NCBI GenBank assembly: GCA_965219345.1
Contig: OZ244732.1
Location: forward strand, 1,216,001-1,280,000
DNA from: Nitrosopumilus sp.
GTDB taxonomy: Archaea > Thermoproteota > Nitrososphaeria > Nitrososphaerales > Nitrosopumilaceae
Reading direction: 5' to 3'
Length of the DNA: 64,000 nucleotides
Below are positions 19,661-31,431 of this stretch, one piece after another; position 1 is the first letter of the stretch; each line of letters starts with the position of its first letter. Both the position numbers and the translations under genes were made by a program. A model generated the notes under the pieces. That model ran no database searches, was not told the origin of the DNA, and saw only the letters and a program-made list of their open reading frames with translations.

Positions 19661-20233
19661 ATGGCCCTAATCCCACTTCCTGTTGATATTTTCCAAGATC
19701 CCATAATTCAATTAATTGCAGTTCTGAGTGCTTGTGGAATTGGTATATTTCAAGGAATTATTTTAGGACGAGCTATTCTTGTGAGATTCCCACGCCTCCA
19801 AAATCATGTAAAGACTGTGTCTATTACTTTGTTTATCATATTTTTGGCAAATGCTATTTTGAGTGTTCCACGTTTTTCTTCTCCTGAAAAAATTGATCTC
19901 TCAAATATATCAGCAGGTAGTGCAAGCGAAGTTGCCTCCTCCATCTTTTTGATTTTTGGAATGAATACTGGATTTCTAACTGTACTAGCTATTTCTGTTA
20001 CTGTAATGACTTTTGTTCTTTTAAAATACACAAATATTCATGGGATATCCAGAGCATTTGTCTTCCTTTTTAGCGCTCTTATCCTACTTCTAACTGGTCT
20101 GAGCAGACTCACGGATCTTACACCTAGCTCATTTGAGGTACTTTTGTATTTTCTTTATCAGTTAGGGATTACAATTGGTATTCTAGCTGGCACAATCAGA
20201 AAGATTAAACCAAAAAAATTGGACTTGAAATAA
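19661..20233 (+). CDS. Polytopic membrane protein
   Basis: About five hydrophobic helices. Confidence 0.75.
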   Translation: MALIPLPVDIFQDPIIQLIAVLSACGIGIFQGIILGRAILVRFPRLQNHVKTVSITLFIIFLANAILSVPRFSSPEKIDLSNISAGSASEVASSIFLIFGMNTGFLTVLAISVTVMTFVLLKYTNIHGISRAFVFLFSALILLLTGLSRLTDLTPSSFEVLLYFLYQLGITIGILAGTIRKIKPKKLDLK

Positions 20234-20347
20234 TTTCAAACGTTTAAATCAGATTATCTTTGGGTTGATTATGACATCGAATTCAAACCGTTCGGGGAAC
20301 AAGCTGGCAGTCCATGCGTTGGACTGTCAGCCCCATTATTATAAAAT

Positions 20348-22144
20348 CTAATTCAATGATGATAGTGCTTTAACTTGCTCATCGACATAATCAAAACCTT
20401 CTTGCCAAAACTTTGGAGATCTGATATCAAATCCATATTCTGAGAGGAGTTTCTCTGGTTTCTTAGAGCCCCCTGCAGCAAGAATGTTGATGTATGACGG
20501 AACAAAGTCTTTTCCCTCTTTTTTATATCTCTGAAATAGAGATAGTGCAAGCAAATTTCCAAAAGAGTATGCATAGCAGTAAAATGGCGTATGATAAAAG
20601 TGGGGAATACAACTCCACTCTATTGCAAAGTCTTCAGAAAGGCTCACTGAATTCCCAAATTGTTCTTTAAGATTTTGTAGATATGTCTTTGAAATCTCAT
20701 CCATTGTAGTTCCTTTTCCAATCTGCTTATGAGCATCGACTTCAAAGATTGTGAAAAATGATTGTCTAAGAATTGTTGCATACAAATCATCAATTTTTTC
20801 TGATAATGCGATCTTTTTCTCATCATTCGAAATCTTGTCAGATAAATTGTCATACAATAACAACTCTGAAAAAGTAGATGCTGTCTCAGCTAAAGGCAAT
20901 GGAGCGTCTTGAACAAGAATTGATCTATCTTGTGCTGCTTGACTATGCACTGCATGACCCAATTCATGAGCTAAAGTAAAAACATCTCTTGACCTTCCTG
21001 TAAAGTTTACTAGGACATATGGTGTGATTTTTGGTGTAAGAGTACTGCAAAATGCACCCTCTCTTTTTCCTTGTCTTACAGACGAATCAATGTGATTCTC
21101 ATTGAAGACTTTTCTAGCAAATTCTTCTAGTGTTTCACTAAACTTTCCAAGTGATTCAAAAACTAGTTTTATAGATTTATTGTATGTGTAATTTTTTTCC
21201 TTGATGTTAGCTGCCGCTGGAGCATACAAATCATATCTTCTCAGCTTTTTCATTTTTAACATCTTCGCCTTTTGGACAAAAAACTTTTGAAAAATTGAGG
21301 AATTTTTTTTACAAACCGAAAGAAGAGATTCTATAGTTTTATCATCAATATCATTTCCAATATTTCTCATTGATATTGGAGTTTTGTATCCTCTTATTTC
21401 GATACCTTCATCCTTCCAATTAAGAACAATATTTTGATATATCTCGCCTACCACTCCTTTATTTTCGGCATATTTTGTAAGAATGGTTTTGTAGGCGGTC
21501 TCACGGATCTTTGGATTTGTACTTCGGACGTAGTTTGTAAGTTCTTCTCTTGTCATCGTTTTATTTTTATTTCCTACTTTCATTTTGTATTCATAGGCAT
21601 TAGTTATCTTGTCATACAGTTTTACAAGTGCAGATATGCCTGTAACATCTAATGTGTTGATAATTCTCTCTTCAGGTTCACTAAGAGCATATTTTGCAAA
21701 TAGTCTTTTACGTGACAAATATTCTGTGAGTTCTCCTGCATCTTTCATGAGTCTTTTTGCATTTTTTTTGTTTACTTGTGTTTTCCACCATAAATCAAAA
21801 AATAAAATCTTGTTAGAGATCTCAGAACCTAGTTTTGACATCTGAGTCATTAGGGATGTTGCTTCATCTGATTGGGTATCTGAAGAGTATGACAATGATG
21901 CATATCCGCCAATCTTACTCATCTTCTCAGACATTTCTTCAACTTGGTGTAGAATATCCATGAATTTTTTGGAAGACATTTTGGGGTCTAGTTTTGATTT
22001 TATCTTTTCAAACTTACTTGCTTGCAATTCTAATTTCTGAATCTGTTTTTGAAATGCTGGGCCCTTTGGGTTCTTTGTCAATTCTGAAAGATCCCATCTC
22101 CCAAGTTGAGTTTCTGACATTTTATATTCATACTTTTTATACAT
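20348..22144 (-). CDS. pepF: M3B oligoendopeptidase F
   Basis: WDLSEL, GKREGAFC, HELGH, AETAS, PHFY..FYCYAY; start probably MSETQ. Confidence 0.92.
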   Translation of the reverse strand: MYKKYEYKMSETQLGRWDLSELTKNPKGPAFQKQIQKLELQASKFEKIKSKLDPKMSSKKFMDILHQVEEMSEKMSKIGGYASLSYSSDTQSDEATSLMTQMSKLGSEISNKILFFDLWWKTQVNKKNAKRLMKDAGELTEYLSRKRLFAKYALSEPEERIINTLDVTGISALVKLYDKITNAYEYKMKVGNKNKTMTREELTNYVRSTNPKIRETAYKTILTKYAENKGVVGEIYQNIVLNWKDEGIEIRGYKTPISMRNIGNDIDDKTIESLLSVCKKNSSIFQKFFVQKAKMLKMKKLRRYDLYAPAAANIKEKNYTYNKSIKLVFESLGKFSETLEEFARKVFNENHIDSSVRQGKREGAFCSTLTPKITPYVLVNFTGRSRDVFTLAHELGHAVHSQAAQDRSILVQDAPLPLAETASTFSELLLYDNLSDKISNDEKKIALSEKIDDLYATILRQSFFTIFEVDAHKQIGKGTTMDEISKTYLQNLKEQFGNSVSLSEDFAIEWSCIPHFYHTPFYCYAYSFGNLLALSLFQRYKKEGKDFVPSYINILAAGGSKKPEKLLSEYGFDIRSPKFWQEGFDYVDEQVKALSSLN

Positions 22145-22213
22145 CCTTATGTATGATTACCTAATTTCGCAACTTCATCGATACCATAGCATGTTTTTAT
22201 ATTACAGAATAAT

Positions 22214-22564
22214 GTGATCATGTGCATGCCATTTAAAAGAAAATTTTCTTTTCTTAGCATATCTTTCGGTGTAATTTTAGCACTTTTGTTATTCGTTTCA
22301 CCTTCAGCATTTGCTGCAGAAGAAAGCTCGTCAGACGGTTCAGATTTGACGAAACCCATGTTGGCTATAGCTGCTGCCATTGCAATAGCTGGTGGTTTGA
22401 TAGGTACTGGAAATGCACAACAGGGAATAGGTGCTGCCGGTATGGGAATTATTGCAGAAAAACCTGAGAAGTTTGGTCAAGTGCTATTTTTCTTTGTAAT
22501 TCCAGAAACACTTTGGATCATTGGCTTCGTTTTAGGAATTATCTTATTGCTTGATATACTCTAG
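22214..22564 (+). CDS. atpK: A/V-type ATPase proteolipid subunit c/K
   Basis: GTGNAQQGIGAAGMG..PEKF..IPETLWI; N-terminal leader. Confidence 0.92.
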   Translation: MIMCMPFKRKFSFLSISFGVILALLLFVSPSAFAAEESSSDGSDLTKPMLAIAAAIAIAGGLIGTGNAQQGIGAAGMGIIAEKPEKFGQVLFFFVIPETLWIIGFVLGIILLLDIL

Positions 22565-22573
22565 GAAGGTACT

Positions 22574-23131
22574 ATGAGCATAGATATCTTCTTAGATGAA
22601 ATAGAAAGTAGGAAAAAAAAAGAAATCAATGATCTCGACAAAGAATTCGATGATAAAAAATCAGAAGCTGAAATAAAAAAAAACACAACTATAAAAGAAC
22701 TTGAAGAACATTATTCAAAGGAAGCAAAAACAAAATCTGAGAAAGAAGCATCAAAAATAGTTGAAGCTGGAAAGTTAGAAGCAAAGAAGATCTTGTTTGA
22801 CGCAATCAACCAAAATCTAGATTCTACATTTGATAAGATAAAACAAGAACTTGGTAACTATGCCCAAACTTCAGAATATAACAAAAAATTACAGAAAATG
22901 GCTGAAACTGCAAAAAATACATTGGGTGATAGTATAGTAATTCATTGTAGGGAAGAAGATAAGGCTGTCTTTGGCAGCCAAGATATCACTATTGGTTCCC
23001 CGATTCAAATCTTAGGTGGATTAGTAGCTGAAAACAACGATGGCACAAAGGAACTGGATCTTACATTTGAAGAGTTACTGCGAACTCATGAAGATGAAAT
23101 TAAAACTACAATTTTGGAGAAGATACTGTAA
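22574..23131 (+). CDS. atpE: ATPase subunit E
   Basis: Coiled coil + ILGGLV..DLTFE; operon position. Confidence 0.88.
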   Translation: MSIDIFLDEIESRKKKEINDLDKEFDDKKSEAEIKKNTTIKELEEHYSKEAKTKSEKEASKIVEAGKLEAKKILFDAINQNLDSTFDKIKQELGNYAQTSEYNKKLQKMAETAKNTLGDSIVIHCREEDKAVFGSQDITIGSPIQILGGLVAENNDGTKELDLTFEELLRTHEDEIKTTILEKIL

Positions 23132-24195
23132 TGGGGGCTTCACCATATTCATCTTCTTTTGGCAGATTACAGTCAATATCCATAAGTTTTCTTAAACCAG
23201 AATTTTTGGAAAGCCTTCTAAAGGCAACCGATGTAAATGAGATGATCAAGCTTTTAGAGCCAACCTGGTATGGTGAGAAGATTAAAAAATATGCTTCAGT
23301 CTATCAAGGTACAGAACTTTTAGAAGTGGCACTTAACCGTCATCTGGTTGAAATTAATAGAATTATTTTGGAATCAGCACCCTATAATGGAAAAAACGTT
23401 GTTCGGGCTTATTTGGCAAAGTGGGATCTCTATAACATTGAACTAATTCTTTCTTCTAAAATGATGGGCAGAACCATCACAGAAACAGAGTCATTGTTGG
23501 TTTCTAGTCGTAATGTGCCTGCAGGAATTGCGGCTGGTAACATTCCACTTGATGAAATTAAGATTATACTTTCCGAAGCAGATGTTGGTGGTGTCGTTAA
23601 TAAACTTACGAAATATGATTATGGCGTGGTATTGATGAAACACATAGACGAATTCCAAAAGACAGGTGATCTAGGACCAATGATGTCTGCTTTACATGAA
23701 TCATATTATCAAAAGTTACTAGAGTCATTAAAATTCTTTCAAGGTGATGAAGGTCCTATTAGAGAATTATTCCGTGCTGAGATAGACAAGAAAAATATTC
23801 TAAACCTTCTGAAGGCAAAAGAGTCCAACGTTGAAAAAGAAGTACTAGCAAGACATCTTGTTGAGGGAGGACGAATAACTTCAAAGGAATTAACTGAAAT
23901 TTATGAAGTTAAAGATGTTACAGAAATCATAGGAAGAATAGAACCCTTCTTTAAAATAAGTGAGTCATTAGAACAGTATGAGACCTCGAAAAACTTGATT
24001 GATTTTGAAGTAGCTATTACAAAATTTATCAATATTACATATGTAAGGAAATTAAAAAATATTGCACTTTCTATTGGTACTATTTTCTATTTTATCATTA
24101 ACGCTGAATATGAACATGAAAATCTTAAAAGAATTTCATATGGAAAACGATACAATCTTTCAATTGATAAGATTAAGGAGCTGTTACTAACTTGA
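23131..24195 (+). CDS. atpC: ATPase subunit C
   Basis: WDLYNI, EIDKKNI, EHENLKRI. Confidence 0.9.
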   Translation: MGASPYSSSFGRLQSISISFLKPEFLESLLKATDVNEMIKLLEPTWYGEKIKKYASVYQGTELLEVALNRHLVEINRIILESAPYNGKNVVRAYLAKWDLYNIELILSSKMMGRTITETESLLVSSRNVPAGIAAGNIPLDEIKIILSEADVGGVVNKLTKYDYGVVLMKHIDEFQKTGDLGPMMSALHESYYQKLLESLKFFQGDEGPIRELFRAEIDKKNILNLLKAKESNVEKEVLARHLVEGGRITSKELTEIYEVKDVTEIIGRIEPFFKISESLEQYETSKNLIDFEVAITKFINITYVRKLKNIALSIGTIFYFIINAEYEHENLKRISYGKRYNLSIDKIKELLLT

Positions 24196-24548
24196 GTGAA
24201 CAAACATCAAAACAAAAAACCGATGCAACAGGTAGATTGGCCATTGTAGGTGAACGTGAACTCGCAATTGGGTATCGTCTAATTGGGATAGATGATACAT
24301 TTATTGTAAATGATGAAGAAGCAAGTAAAAAAATTCAAGAACTATACTCCTCTGGAGAATTTGGTTTAATCATCGCCAGTGACTCAGTACGATCTAAAAT
24401 TCCATCTAAATTTCTGTCAGAAATTGAGGGTTCAATTGAACCATTAGTATTATTTTTACCATCTCTAAAAGAAACTACCGAAGAAGACAAAGAATCAATC
24501 GCCGCATTAGCAAAACGCGTACTGGGAATAAATATAGAGGCAAGTTGA
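24192..24548 (+). CDS. atpF: ATPase subunit F
   Basis: [25 protein letters not shown]; TTG start. Confidence 0.9.
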   Translation: MSEQTSKQKTDATGRLAIVGERELAIGYRLIGIDDTFIVNDEEASKKIQELYSSGEFGLIIASDSVRSKIPSKFLSEIEGSIEPLVLFLPSLKETTEEDKESIAALAKRVLGINIEAS

Positions 24549-24555
24549 TGATAAT

Positions 24556-26319
24556 ATGGTTGATGCTTTAGTTTCAAGAATTTCTGGACCTGTTGTGGTA
24601 GGTAAGGGTCTTGGAGGCGCACAGATGTTTGACGTTGTTCGTATTGGTGAAATGGGTCTTGTGGGAGAAATCATTCGTTTAGAAGGAGATACTGCCCAAA
24701 TTCAAGTTTATGAGGACACTTCAGGCCTAAGACCTGGAGAAAAAATAGTAAATACAAACAAACCACTTTCTGTGCAACTTGGACCCGGATTACTAAAGTC
24801 AATTTATGATGGTATTCAAAGACCTTTGGATGTATTAAGAGAACAAAGTGGAGACTTTATCAGCAGAGGAAAAATTATTCCAGCTCTAGATCAAAAGAAA
24901 AAATGGGATTTTATTCCAATTAAGAAGAAAGGAGATAAAGTTTCTCCCGGTGAAATAATTGGTGAGGTTCAGGAAACCCCACTGATCAAACACAAAATTA
25001 TGATTCCACCTGATGTTTCTGGTGAACTTGTAGAAATTTCCGAAGGACAATTTACCGTTAACGATAATGTCGCAGCTGTAAAAAACGATAAGACAACTGA
25101 TATTGGGTTATCTAGTTGGTGGACAGTTCGAATACCAAGACCAGTTCTGAAAAAACTTCCTCCTGAAGAACCATTGATTACCGGTCAACGAGTTATTGAT
25201 ACATTTTTCCCAGTTGCTAAAGGCGGAACTGCTGCAATTCCTGGACCTTTTGGAAGTGGAAAAACAGTAACTCAACAACAGCTTGCAAAATGGGCTGACA
25301 GTGAAATAATTGTGTATATTGGCTGTGGTGAAAGAGGAAATGAAATGTGTGAAGTTCTAACTGAATTCCCTAAATTGATAGATCCAAAATCAAAACGACC
25401 TCTCATGGACCGAACCATTCTAGTTGCTAACACTAGTAACATGCCAGTAGCAGCAAGAGAAGCAAGTATCTATACTGGAATTACAATAGGCGAATATTAT
25501 CGTGATATGGGCTATGGTGTTGCACTTATGGCAGATAGTACTTCTAGATGGGCTGAAGCATTAAGAGAAATTTCAGGAAGATTGGAAGAAATGCCTGGTG
25601 AAGAAGGATATCCTGCATATCTTGGTAGGAGACTAGCAGAATTTTATGAAAGAAGTGGAAAAAGTATTGTTATTTCTCCTGAACAACGTCAGGGTTCTCT
25701 ATCTTTAATCGGTGCAGTTTCTCCACCTGGTGGAGATTTTTCAGAACCAGTTTCACAAAACACACTAAGAGTTACACGTGTCTTCTGGGCACTTGACGCA
25801 GGCTTGGCAAACCGAAGACACTTCCCATCAATCAACTGGTTGACTAGCTATTCTTTGTATGACAATGATTTGTCTGATTGGTACAAATCTAACGTTTCTA
25901 AGGACTGGGTTGATCTTAGAAAGGAAGCATTAGAAATCTTACAGAGAGAATCAGAATTACAAGAAATTGTTCAGTTGGTTGGATACGATGCGCTTCCTGA
26001 ACCCGAAAAAGGTGTTTTAGATACTGCTCGTTCAATTCGAGAAGATTACTTACAACAAAGTGCATTTGATGAAGTTGATACTTACACATCGATTGAGAAA
26101 CAATCCAAGATGTTAAAATACATTTTAGAATTTGGTAGGATGGAAGCTGATGCAATTAAGAAAGGAGTCTCTGCTGCCAAAGTATCTTCACTTGAATCAA
26201 GAGGAATGATACCTAAAATGAAATGGACAAAAGAAGAAGAACTAGAACAGTTAGTTAATGACATTCAATCTAAGATGAATCAAGAATTTGATAATCTTTC
26301 AAAGGAGGTTTCTGATTAA
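24556..26319 (+). CDS. atpA: ATPase catalytic subunit A
   Basis: [26 protein letters not shown]. Confidence 0.97.
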   Translation: MVDALVSRISGPVVVGKGLGGAQMFDVVRIGEMGLVGEIIRLEGDTAQIQVYEDTSGLRPGEKIVNTNKPLSVQLGPGLLKSIYDGIQRPLDVLREQSGDFISRGKIIPALDQKKKWDFIPIKKKGDKVSPGEIIGEVQETPLIKHKIMIPPDVSGELVEISEGQFTVNDNVAAVKNDKTTDIGLSSWWTVRIPRPVLKKLPPEEPLITGQRVIDTFFPVAKGGTAAIPGPFGSGKTVTQQQLAKWADSEIIVYIGCGERGNEMCEVLTEFPKLIDPKSKRPLMDRTILVANTSNMPVAAREASIYTGITIGEYYRDMGYGVALMADSTSRWAEALREISGRLEEMPGEEGYPAYLGRRLAEFYERSGKSIVISPEQRQGSLSLIGAVSPPGGDFSEPVSQNTLRVTRVFWALDAGLANRRHFPSINWLTSYSLYDNDLSDWYKSNVSKDWVDLRKEALEILQRESELQEIVQLVGYDALPEPEKGVLDTARSIREDYLQQSAFDEVDTYTSIEKQSKMLKYILEFGRMEADAIKKGVSAAKVSSLESRGMIPKMKWTKEEELEQLVNDIQSKMNQEFDNLSKEVSD

Positions 26320-27722
26320 TGGCTAATGTTTCATTCAAATCACTTGACAAAGTTGCTGGGCCTTTGATATTTGTCAAAGGAGTAGACAACGCTGCTTACG
26401 GCGAAATGGTCGAAATAAAATTGCCCAATGGGGAAAGACGTCAGGGTCAAGTTTTAGATACAAGTCAGGGACTAGCTGTAGTTCAAGTATTTGGTTCAAC
26501 ACTAGGTCTAAACACTACTGGTACTTCCACAACATTTCTTGGAGAAACTGCCCAGTTAGCAGTTTCTGACGAAATGCTTGGAAGAGTATTTGATGGACTT
26601 GGAAATCCAAAAGATAATGGTCCAAAGATTGTATCAAAAGAAAAGTTTGATCTAGTAGGCGCAGGTATTAATCCATATTCTCGAGAAGAACCATCCGAAT
26701 TCATTCAAACAGGAATATCAAATATTGATGGAATGAATACGTTGGTAAGAGGTCAAAAACTACCAATATTTTCTGCATCTGGTCTTCCACATAACTTGCT
26801 TGCATCCCAAATAGCAAGACAAGCACAAGTTCTTGGAACTGAAGAAAAATTCTCTGTTGTTTTTGCAGCAATTGGAATCACAAGTGAGGAATCTAACTTT
26901 TTCATTAAACAATTTGAAGAAAGCGGATCATTAGAAAGAACTGCTTTGTTTCTTAACCTGTCTTCTGATCCTTCTATGGAACGTATCCTTACCCCTAGAC
27001 TTGCATTAACTACTGCAGAATATCTTGCCTACGAACGTGGAATGCATGTTCTAGTTATTATGACAGATATGACAAATTATTGTGAAGCATTAAGAGAAAT
27101 ATCTGCAGCACGAGAAGAGGTTCCCGGAAGAAGAGGCTATCCTGGATATCTTTACACTGACTTGTCTTCAATATTTGAACGTGCAGGAAAAATTAAAGGC
27201 AGAAGTGGTTCGGTGACACAATTACCAATTCTTACTATGCCGGCTGATGATATTACACATCCAATCCCTGATCTTACAGGTTACATTACTGAAGGTCAAA
27301 TTGTAATGAGTAGAGAGTTACATAGAGGAAACATTCAACCTCCGGTTGACGTTCTAACAAGTTTATCGCGTTTAATGAATTCGGGAATTGGTGAAGGAAG
27401 AACAAGAGAAGATCATAGACAACTTGCAGATCAACTTTATTCTGCATATGCACAAGGAAAAGATGCAAGAGCATTAGCTGCTATAGTTGGTGAGGGCGCC
27501 CTAAGTGATTTAGATAGAAAATTCCTTGACGTGGCAAATAACTTTGAACAAAAGTTTGTTAACCAAGGTTTAGATGAAAATCGTTCTATTGAACAAACAC
27601 TTTCAATTGGTTGGGATCTATTATCCGGTCTTTCAGAAACAGAACTGACTCGTATTAAACCTGAATTTATTGCAAAATATGCAAAGAAGACTAGTACTGG
27701 TGATACAACAAAATCAAAGTAG
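26319..27722 (+). CDS. atpB: ATPase subunit B
   Basis: [34 protein letters not shown]. Confidence 0.97.
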   Translation: MANVSFKSLDKVAGPLIFVKGVDNAAYGEMVEIKLPNGERRQGQVLDTSQGLAVVQVFGSTLGLNTTGTSTTFLGETAQLAVSDEMLGRVFDGLGNPKDNGPKIVSKEKFDLVGAGINPYSREEPSEFIQTGISNIDGMNTLVRGQKLPIFSASGLPHNLLASQIARQAQVLGTEEKFSVVFAAIGITSEESNFFIKQFEESGSLERTALFLNLSSDPSMERILTPRLALTTAEYLAYERGMHVLVIMTDMTNYCEALREISAAREEVPGRRGYPGYLYTDLSSIFERAGKIKGRSGSVTQLPILTMPADDITHPIPDLTGYITEGQIVMSRELHRGNIQPPVDVLTSLSRLMNSGIGEGRTREDHRQLADQLYSAYAQGKDARALAAIVGEGALSDLDRKFLDVANNFEQKFVNQGLDENRSIEQTLSIGWDLLSGLSETELTRIKPEFIAKYAKKTSTGDTTKSK

Positions 27723-27732
27723 GTGATATGGG

Positions 27733-28398
27733 TTGACAATTGGTTCTGATATTCGTCCTACACGCCTTGAATACTTGCGTGCAAAAAAGCGAATAAAAAT
27801 TGCCCAAAAAGGATTGAAACTTTTAAAACTTAAACGTCAAGCACTGATTTTAGAATTTTTCAACATTAGCAAGTCATCCGCTAAATTGAGAGGCGAGCTA
27901 AACTCGGAACTTGTCAAAGGCTACCAAAGTATTCGAATGGCAGAAATGCTTGATGGTGAGATGAGGCTAGAAAATGAGGCAATGAAAATTCCACAACTAA
28001 AGAAACTGCTCATAACACCAAAAAACGTGATGGGAGTTAAAATTCCAAGACTGGAAGGCGGAACTAGGGAACAAGCTCTTACAGAATATTTGTTAGAAAT
28101 CCCAATTTCAATTAGCGAAGCTATGAAGGCATTTCAAGAAGTTCATAAGATAGTGTTAGATGTTGCAGAGAAAGAGACAACTTTACGAAAACTTCTCAAT
28201 GAAATAGAGAAAACAAAACGTAAGGCAAATGCAATTGAAAATGTCTTTATTCCAAGATTGGAAGAAGCCGTTAAATTTATTCTATTTAGATTGGGAGAAA
28301 TTGAACGCGAAACATTTGCTATGTTAAAGACTGTTAAGCGAAAGATTAGTGAAAGAGAAGAGCAAGCTAAAAAGGAGGCAGACATAGTTGCAAACTAA
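27733..28398 (+). CDS. atpD: ATPase subunit D
   Basis: PTRLE..LLKLKRQAL..EIEKTKRKANAIE. Confidence 0.95.
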   Translation: MTIGSDIRPTRLEYLRAKKRIKIAQKGLKLLKLKRQALILEFFNISKSSAKLRGELNSELVKGYQSIRMAEMLDGEMRLENEAMKIPQLKKLLITPKNVMGVKIPRLEGGTREQALTEYLLEIPISISEAMKAFQEVHKIVLDVAEKETTLRKLLNEIEKTKRKANAIENVFIPRLEEAVKFILFRLGEIERETFAMLKTVKRKISEREEQAKKEADIVAN

Positions 28399-28512
28399 TT
28401 TTAAAAATCCTCAACAAAAAAAATTCTATTTTATAAAACGAGTAATTATGAGAGCTAATATCGTCATCGCAATTTTTGCCATTTTGTACTTTGCCAAAGA
28501 ACTTATGGGTGT

Positions 28513-28848
28513 ATGATCATGTCTGATAATCAAGAACAATACATCAACTCTCTCAAGAAGATCAAAGAGGTTGAGGAAAATGTCCAGAAAGAAATTGATA
28601 ATCATAGAAAGAATATATCTGAAAAAATTTTTCAGTTCGATCCAGATTTAAAAAACGCCATTACATCAGCAAAGGCTGAAGGTGAAAAACTTGTAGAATC
28701 AAGCATGGAACAGTCAAGAAAAAAGGCTACTGCTGAAACAGAGAAAACAATTGCAGAAGCAAAGACCAAAGCTGAAAACATCTCTTCTCAAATTACGCCT
28801 CAAAACACCAAAGAAATCATAGATATTTTGCTAAAAGGAGTAGAATAA
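28513..28848 (+). CDS. atpH: ATPase subunit H/G
   Basis: Small coiled-coil protein coupled to subunit I. Confidence 0.75.
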   Translation: MIMSDNQEQYINSLKKIKEVEENVQKEIDNHRKNISEKIFQFDPDLKNAITSAKAEGEKLVESSMEQSRKKATAETEKTIAEAKTKAENISSQITPQNTKEIIDILLKGVE

Positions 28849-30962
28849 TGGTGATGAAGCCTGTTCAAATGGCTTTGATAGCAATTTTAGGTTTAAGAAA
28901 AAATCGACAATCTGCTATTTCCATATTACACGATCTGAATGTTATCCAACTAGAACCATTATCAAAAGATGTTTCTACATTGTTAAGAAACGAACGTGAT
29001 GAGGAATTAACAAGAAATGTTTCGACTCAACTTTTGCGAGTAAAGGCATTATTGACTACTCTTCCCACAATTCCCGTAAAACTTCGTAAACGTTTTGCAT
29101 CGATAGATGAACTTTTGCAAATAGCCAGTTCAATTGATATCGATGACAAAGTTTCAACTATTGAAAAGAAAAAAGAATCTTTACTAACAGAAATAAAAGA
29201 CACGGAAAATAAAATCAAACTATTGGAAGAATTTGTTTTTTTTCCTGAAGATTTAAAAATTCTCCAATTATTATCTGCAAATTCTTATTTTGGCAGAATT
29301 GAATCAGAAAAATTTGAAGAATTTAACAAAGTTCTGCAAGAATATAAACAAGATATCTTCCTTTATTCAAAACAAGAAAAAAAAGTTACACAACTTGTGC
29401 TTGTTGTTTTTAAAAGTATTCCATCTGATGCTTTTGCCAATATTATTCAAACACATAATGTCAAAATTGAAGTAGTCCCAAATCTTGATGGAAAACCAAC
29501 TGACATTATAACAAAACAAAAAACTAATCTTGAGGAACTTAAACAAAAACTTAAAAATATCAATGAAGAACTAACCAAAATTTCAGAGGAACACTATGCT
29601 AATTTGGTTGTAGTCCGAGAGCAATTAGCGATTGAAAACAAAAAACTCGAAGTAATTTCAAATCTAGGCGTGACTGATGATGCTTTTGCATTAGAAGGTT
29701 GGGTTCCAAAGTCAAAAATTAACCAAATTGAAACAACATTGAAAAAACATACTTCTGGCACAACTGTTTACAAATTAGAAACAAAAGAGAAACCTCCCAC
29801 CTTACAGAATAATCCAAAAAGATATTTCAGATTGTATGAGGCGTTCATAAGATTCTATTCACTACCACAAGGCAGAGAATTTGATCCAACTATAATTTTT
29901 GCAATTGTCTTTCCTATATTTTATGGAATTATGATAGGCGACGTAGGTTATTGTGTTTTTATTCTTCTTGTTTGTTTATGGGTGATTAGACGTATTGAAA
30001 AAGGAAAACGTAATCTTAACATAATGCCGAAACAACTGCGAAGTTTTGCATTGTTAATATTGAAAAAAAGACAGATGTTAAAATTAGCAAAGGCAATGAT
30101 TCCAGGTTGTATTGCTGGTATAATTTTTGGGGTAATCTTTGATCTTTACTTTGGATTCCATGCTAACGGTTACGTATTTGATGCTCTAGCTAGTGTAGGA
30201 GTTACTGGTTTTCCTGAACCAGGTAGTGTATTGAATAGACCTTCACAAGCATTTTTCGATCCAATTGAAAGAGCAGGCAGTCTTTTGCTATACTCTGGAT
30301 ACATTGGCATTGGAATGGTATCATTAGGTCTTGTTATGGGGATACTAAACTGTCTAAGAGAGGGTGAAAAAAGAGAAGCCATTGGTAAAGTTGGTTGGTT
30401 AGCATTTGGTTGGGGGGTTGTTCTAGTTGGACTAGCTCTAATACATCAAGAAGCACTCAATCCTATGTGGCCTAGACTAATTGAGGTCAATCCTATCGCA
30501 TACATGTACTTTGGATTACTTTTTGGTGGAATTGCATTAATGTTCATTGGCGAAGGCGCTAAAGCCATAATGGAATTGGCATCTATTGTGAGTCACATAC
30601 TTTCCTATACTAGATTGATTGGAATATTATTAGCATCAGTCATCCTTGCACATACTACAGATTTCATTTTCCTAAAAGCACTGAACATTTCAATCCCGTT
30701 TATCGTTATTGGTTCCCTTATACTGGTTATAGGACATCTGTTCAATATTATTATCGGTGTCTTTGAACCTGGTATTCAGGGAGCAAGATTGGTTTACGTT
30801 GAATTCTTCTCTAAATTTTATCATGGCAACGGAAGACAATTCAATTCTTTTGGAAGTGGAAGAAAGTTTACAGAAAAACAATATGAATTAGAACAAGGTG
30901 TGACTCAACCAGAAAAGAAGAAACTAGTTAAACCAAAAATAAAGACTAGGTCAAAAAAATAA
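28848..30962 (+). CDS. atpI: ATPase subunit I (a)
   Basis: EGWVP, FDPT, GDVGY, SHILSYTRL, RLVYVEFFSKFY. Confidence 0.95.
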   Translation: MVMKPVQMALIAILGLRKNRQSAISILHDLNVIQLEPLSKDVSTLLRNERDEELTRNVSTQLLRVKALLTTLPTIPVKLRKRFASIDELLQIASSIDIDDKVSTIEKKKESLLTEIKDTENKIKLLEEFVFFPEDLKILQLLSANSYFGRIESEKFEEFNKVLQEYKQDIFLYSKQEKKVTQLVLVVFKSIPSDAFANIIQTHNVKIEVVPNLDGKPTDIITKQKTNLEELKQKLKNINEELTKISEEHYANLVVVREQLAIENKKLEVISNLGVTDDAFALEGWVPKSKINQIETTLKKHTSGTTVYKLETKEKPPTLQNNPKRYFRLYEAFIRFYSLPQGREFDPTIIFAIVFPIFYGIMIGDVGYCVFILLVCLWVIRRIEKGKRNLNIMPKQLRSFALLILKKRQMLKLAKAMIPGCIAGIIFGVIFDLYFGFHANGYVFDALASVGVTGFPEPGSVLNRPSQAFFDPIERAGSLLLYSGYIGIGMVSLGLVMGILNCLREGEKREAIGKVGWLAFGWGVVLVGLALIHQEALNPMWPRLIEVNPIAYMYFGLLFGGIALMFIGEGAKAIMELASIVSHILSYTRLIGILLASVILAHTTDFIFLKALNISIPFIVIGSLILVIGHLFNIIIGVFEPGIQGARLVYVEFFSKFYHGNGRQFNSFGSGRKFTEKQYELEQGVTQPEKKKLVKPKIKTRSKK

Positions 30963-31012
30963 GAACAGAATCGAGATCATTCTTAAATAATCATTTCATA
31001 ATAAATAATTTA

Positions 31013-31408
31013 ATGGATTTCAATAAATTTTGCAGCGAAGTACTCAAACTTAATCCAAAGGTGAGATTTGCTGGAGTCTATAGTACTGTAAATGGTAACA
31101 TTTGGTATAAAATGCAAGAAGGAATTACAAAAATCTTTGACGATGAGCAAACTAAAGACTCTATGGTACATGGATACATGAGATGGAAAAACAGAATGCA
31201 TGCTGCAGACCTTATAGGTACGCCAATCTATACCATGACAAAATATCCAAAGATAAGTCGCATTACGTTACCTTGTGGTTCTAATGCGTTAATCATGATT
31301 AGTACGGAGGTCGACCTTGAACCTGTTGACATAGTTGATGATGTTTGCGAATTGCGAAAAAAGTATGAGGACGACAAAGACTATGAACCACGCAGTCAAA
31401 CATGCTGA
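31013..31408 (+). CDS. Thaumarchaeal roadblock/profilin-like hypothetical protein
   Basis: KVRFAGV..G.PIY..TKYPK..LIMISTE pattern. Confidence 0.6.
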   Translation: MDFNKFCSEVLKLNPKVRFAGVYSTVNGNIWYKMQEGITKIFDDEQTKDSMVHGYMRWKNRMHAADLIGTPIYTMTKYPKISRITLPCGSNALIMISTEVDLEPVDIVDDVCELRKKYEDDKDYEPRSQTC

Positions 31409-31431
31409 CTCTATTTTGATATTTTAAAAAA

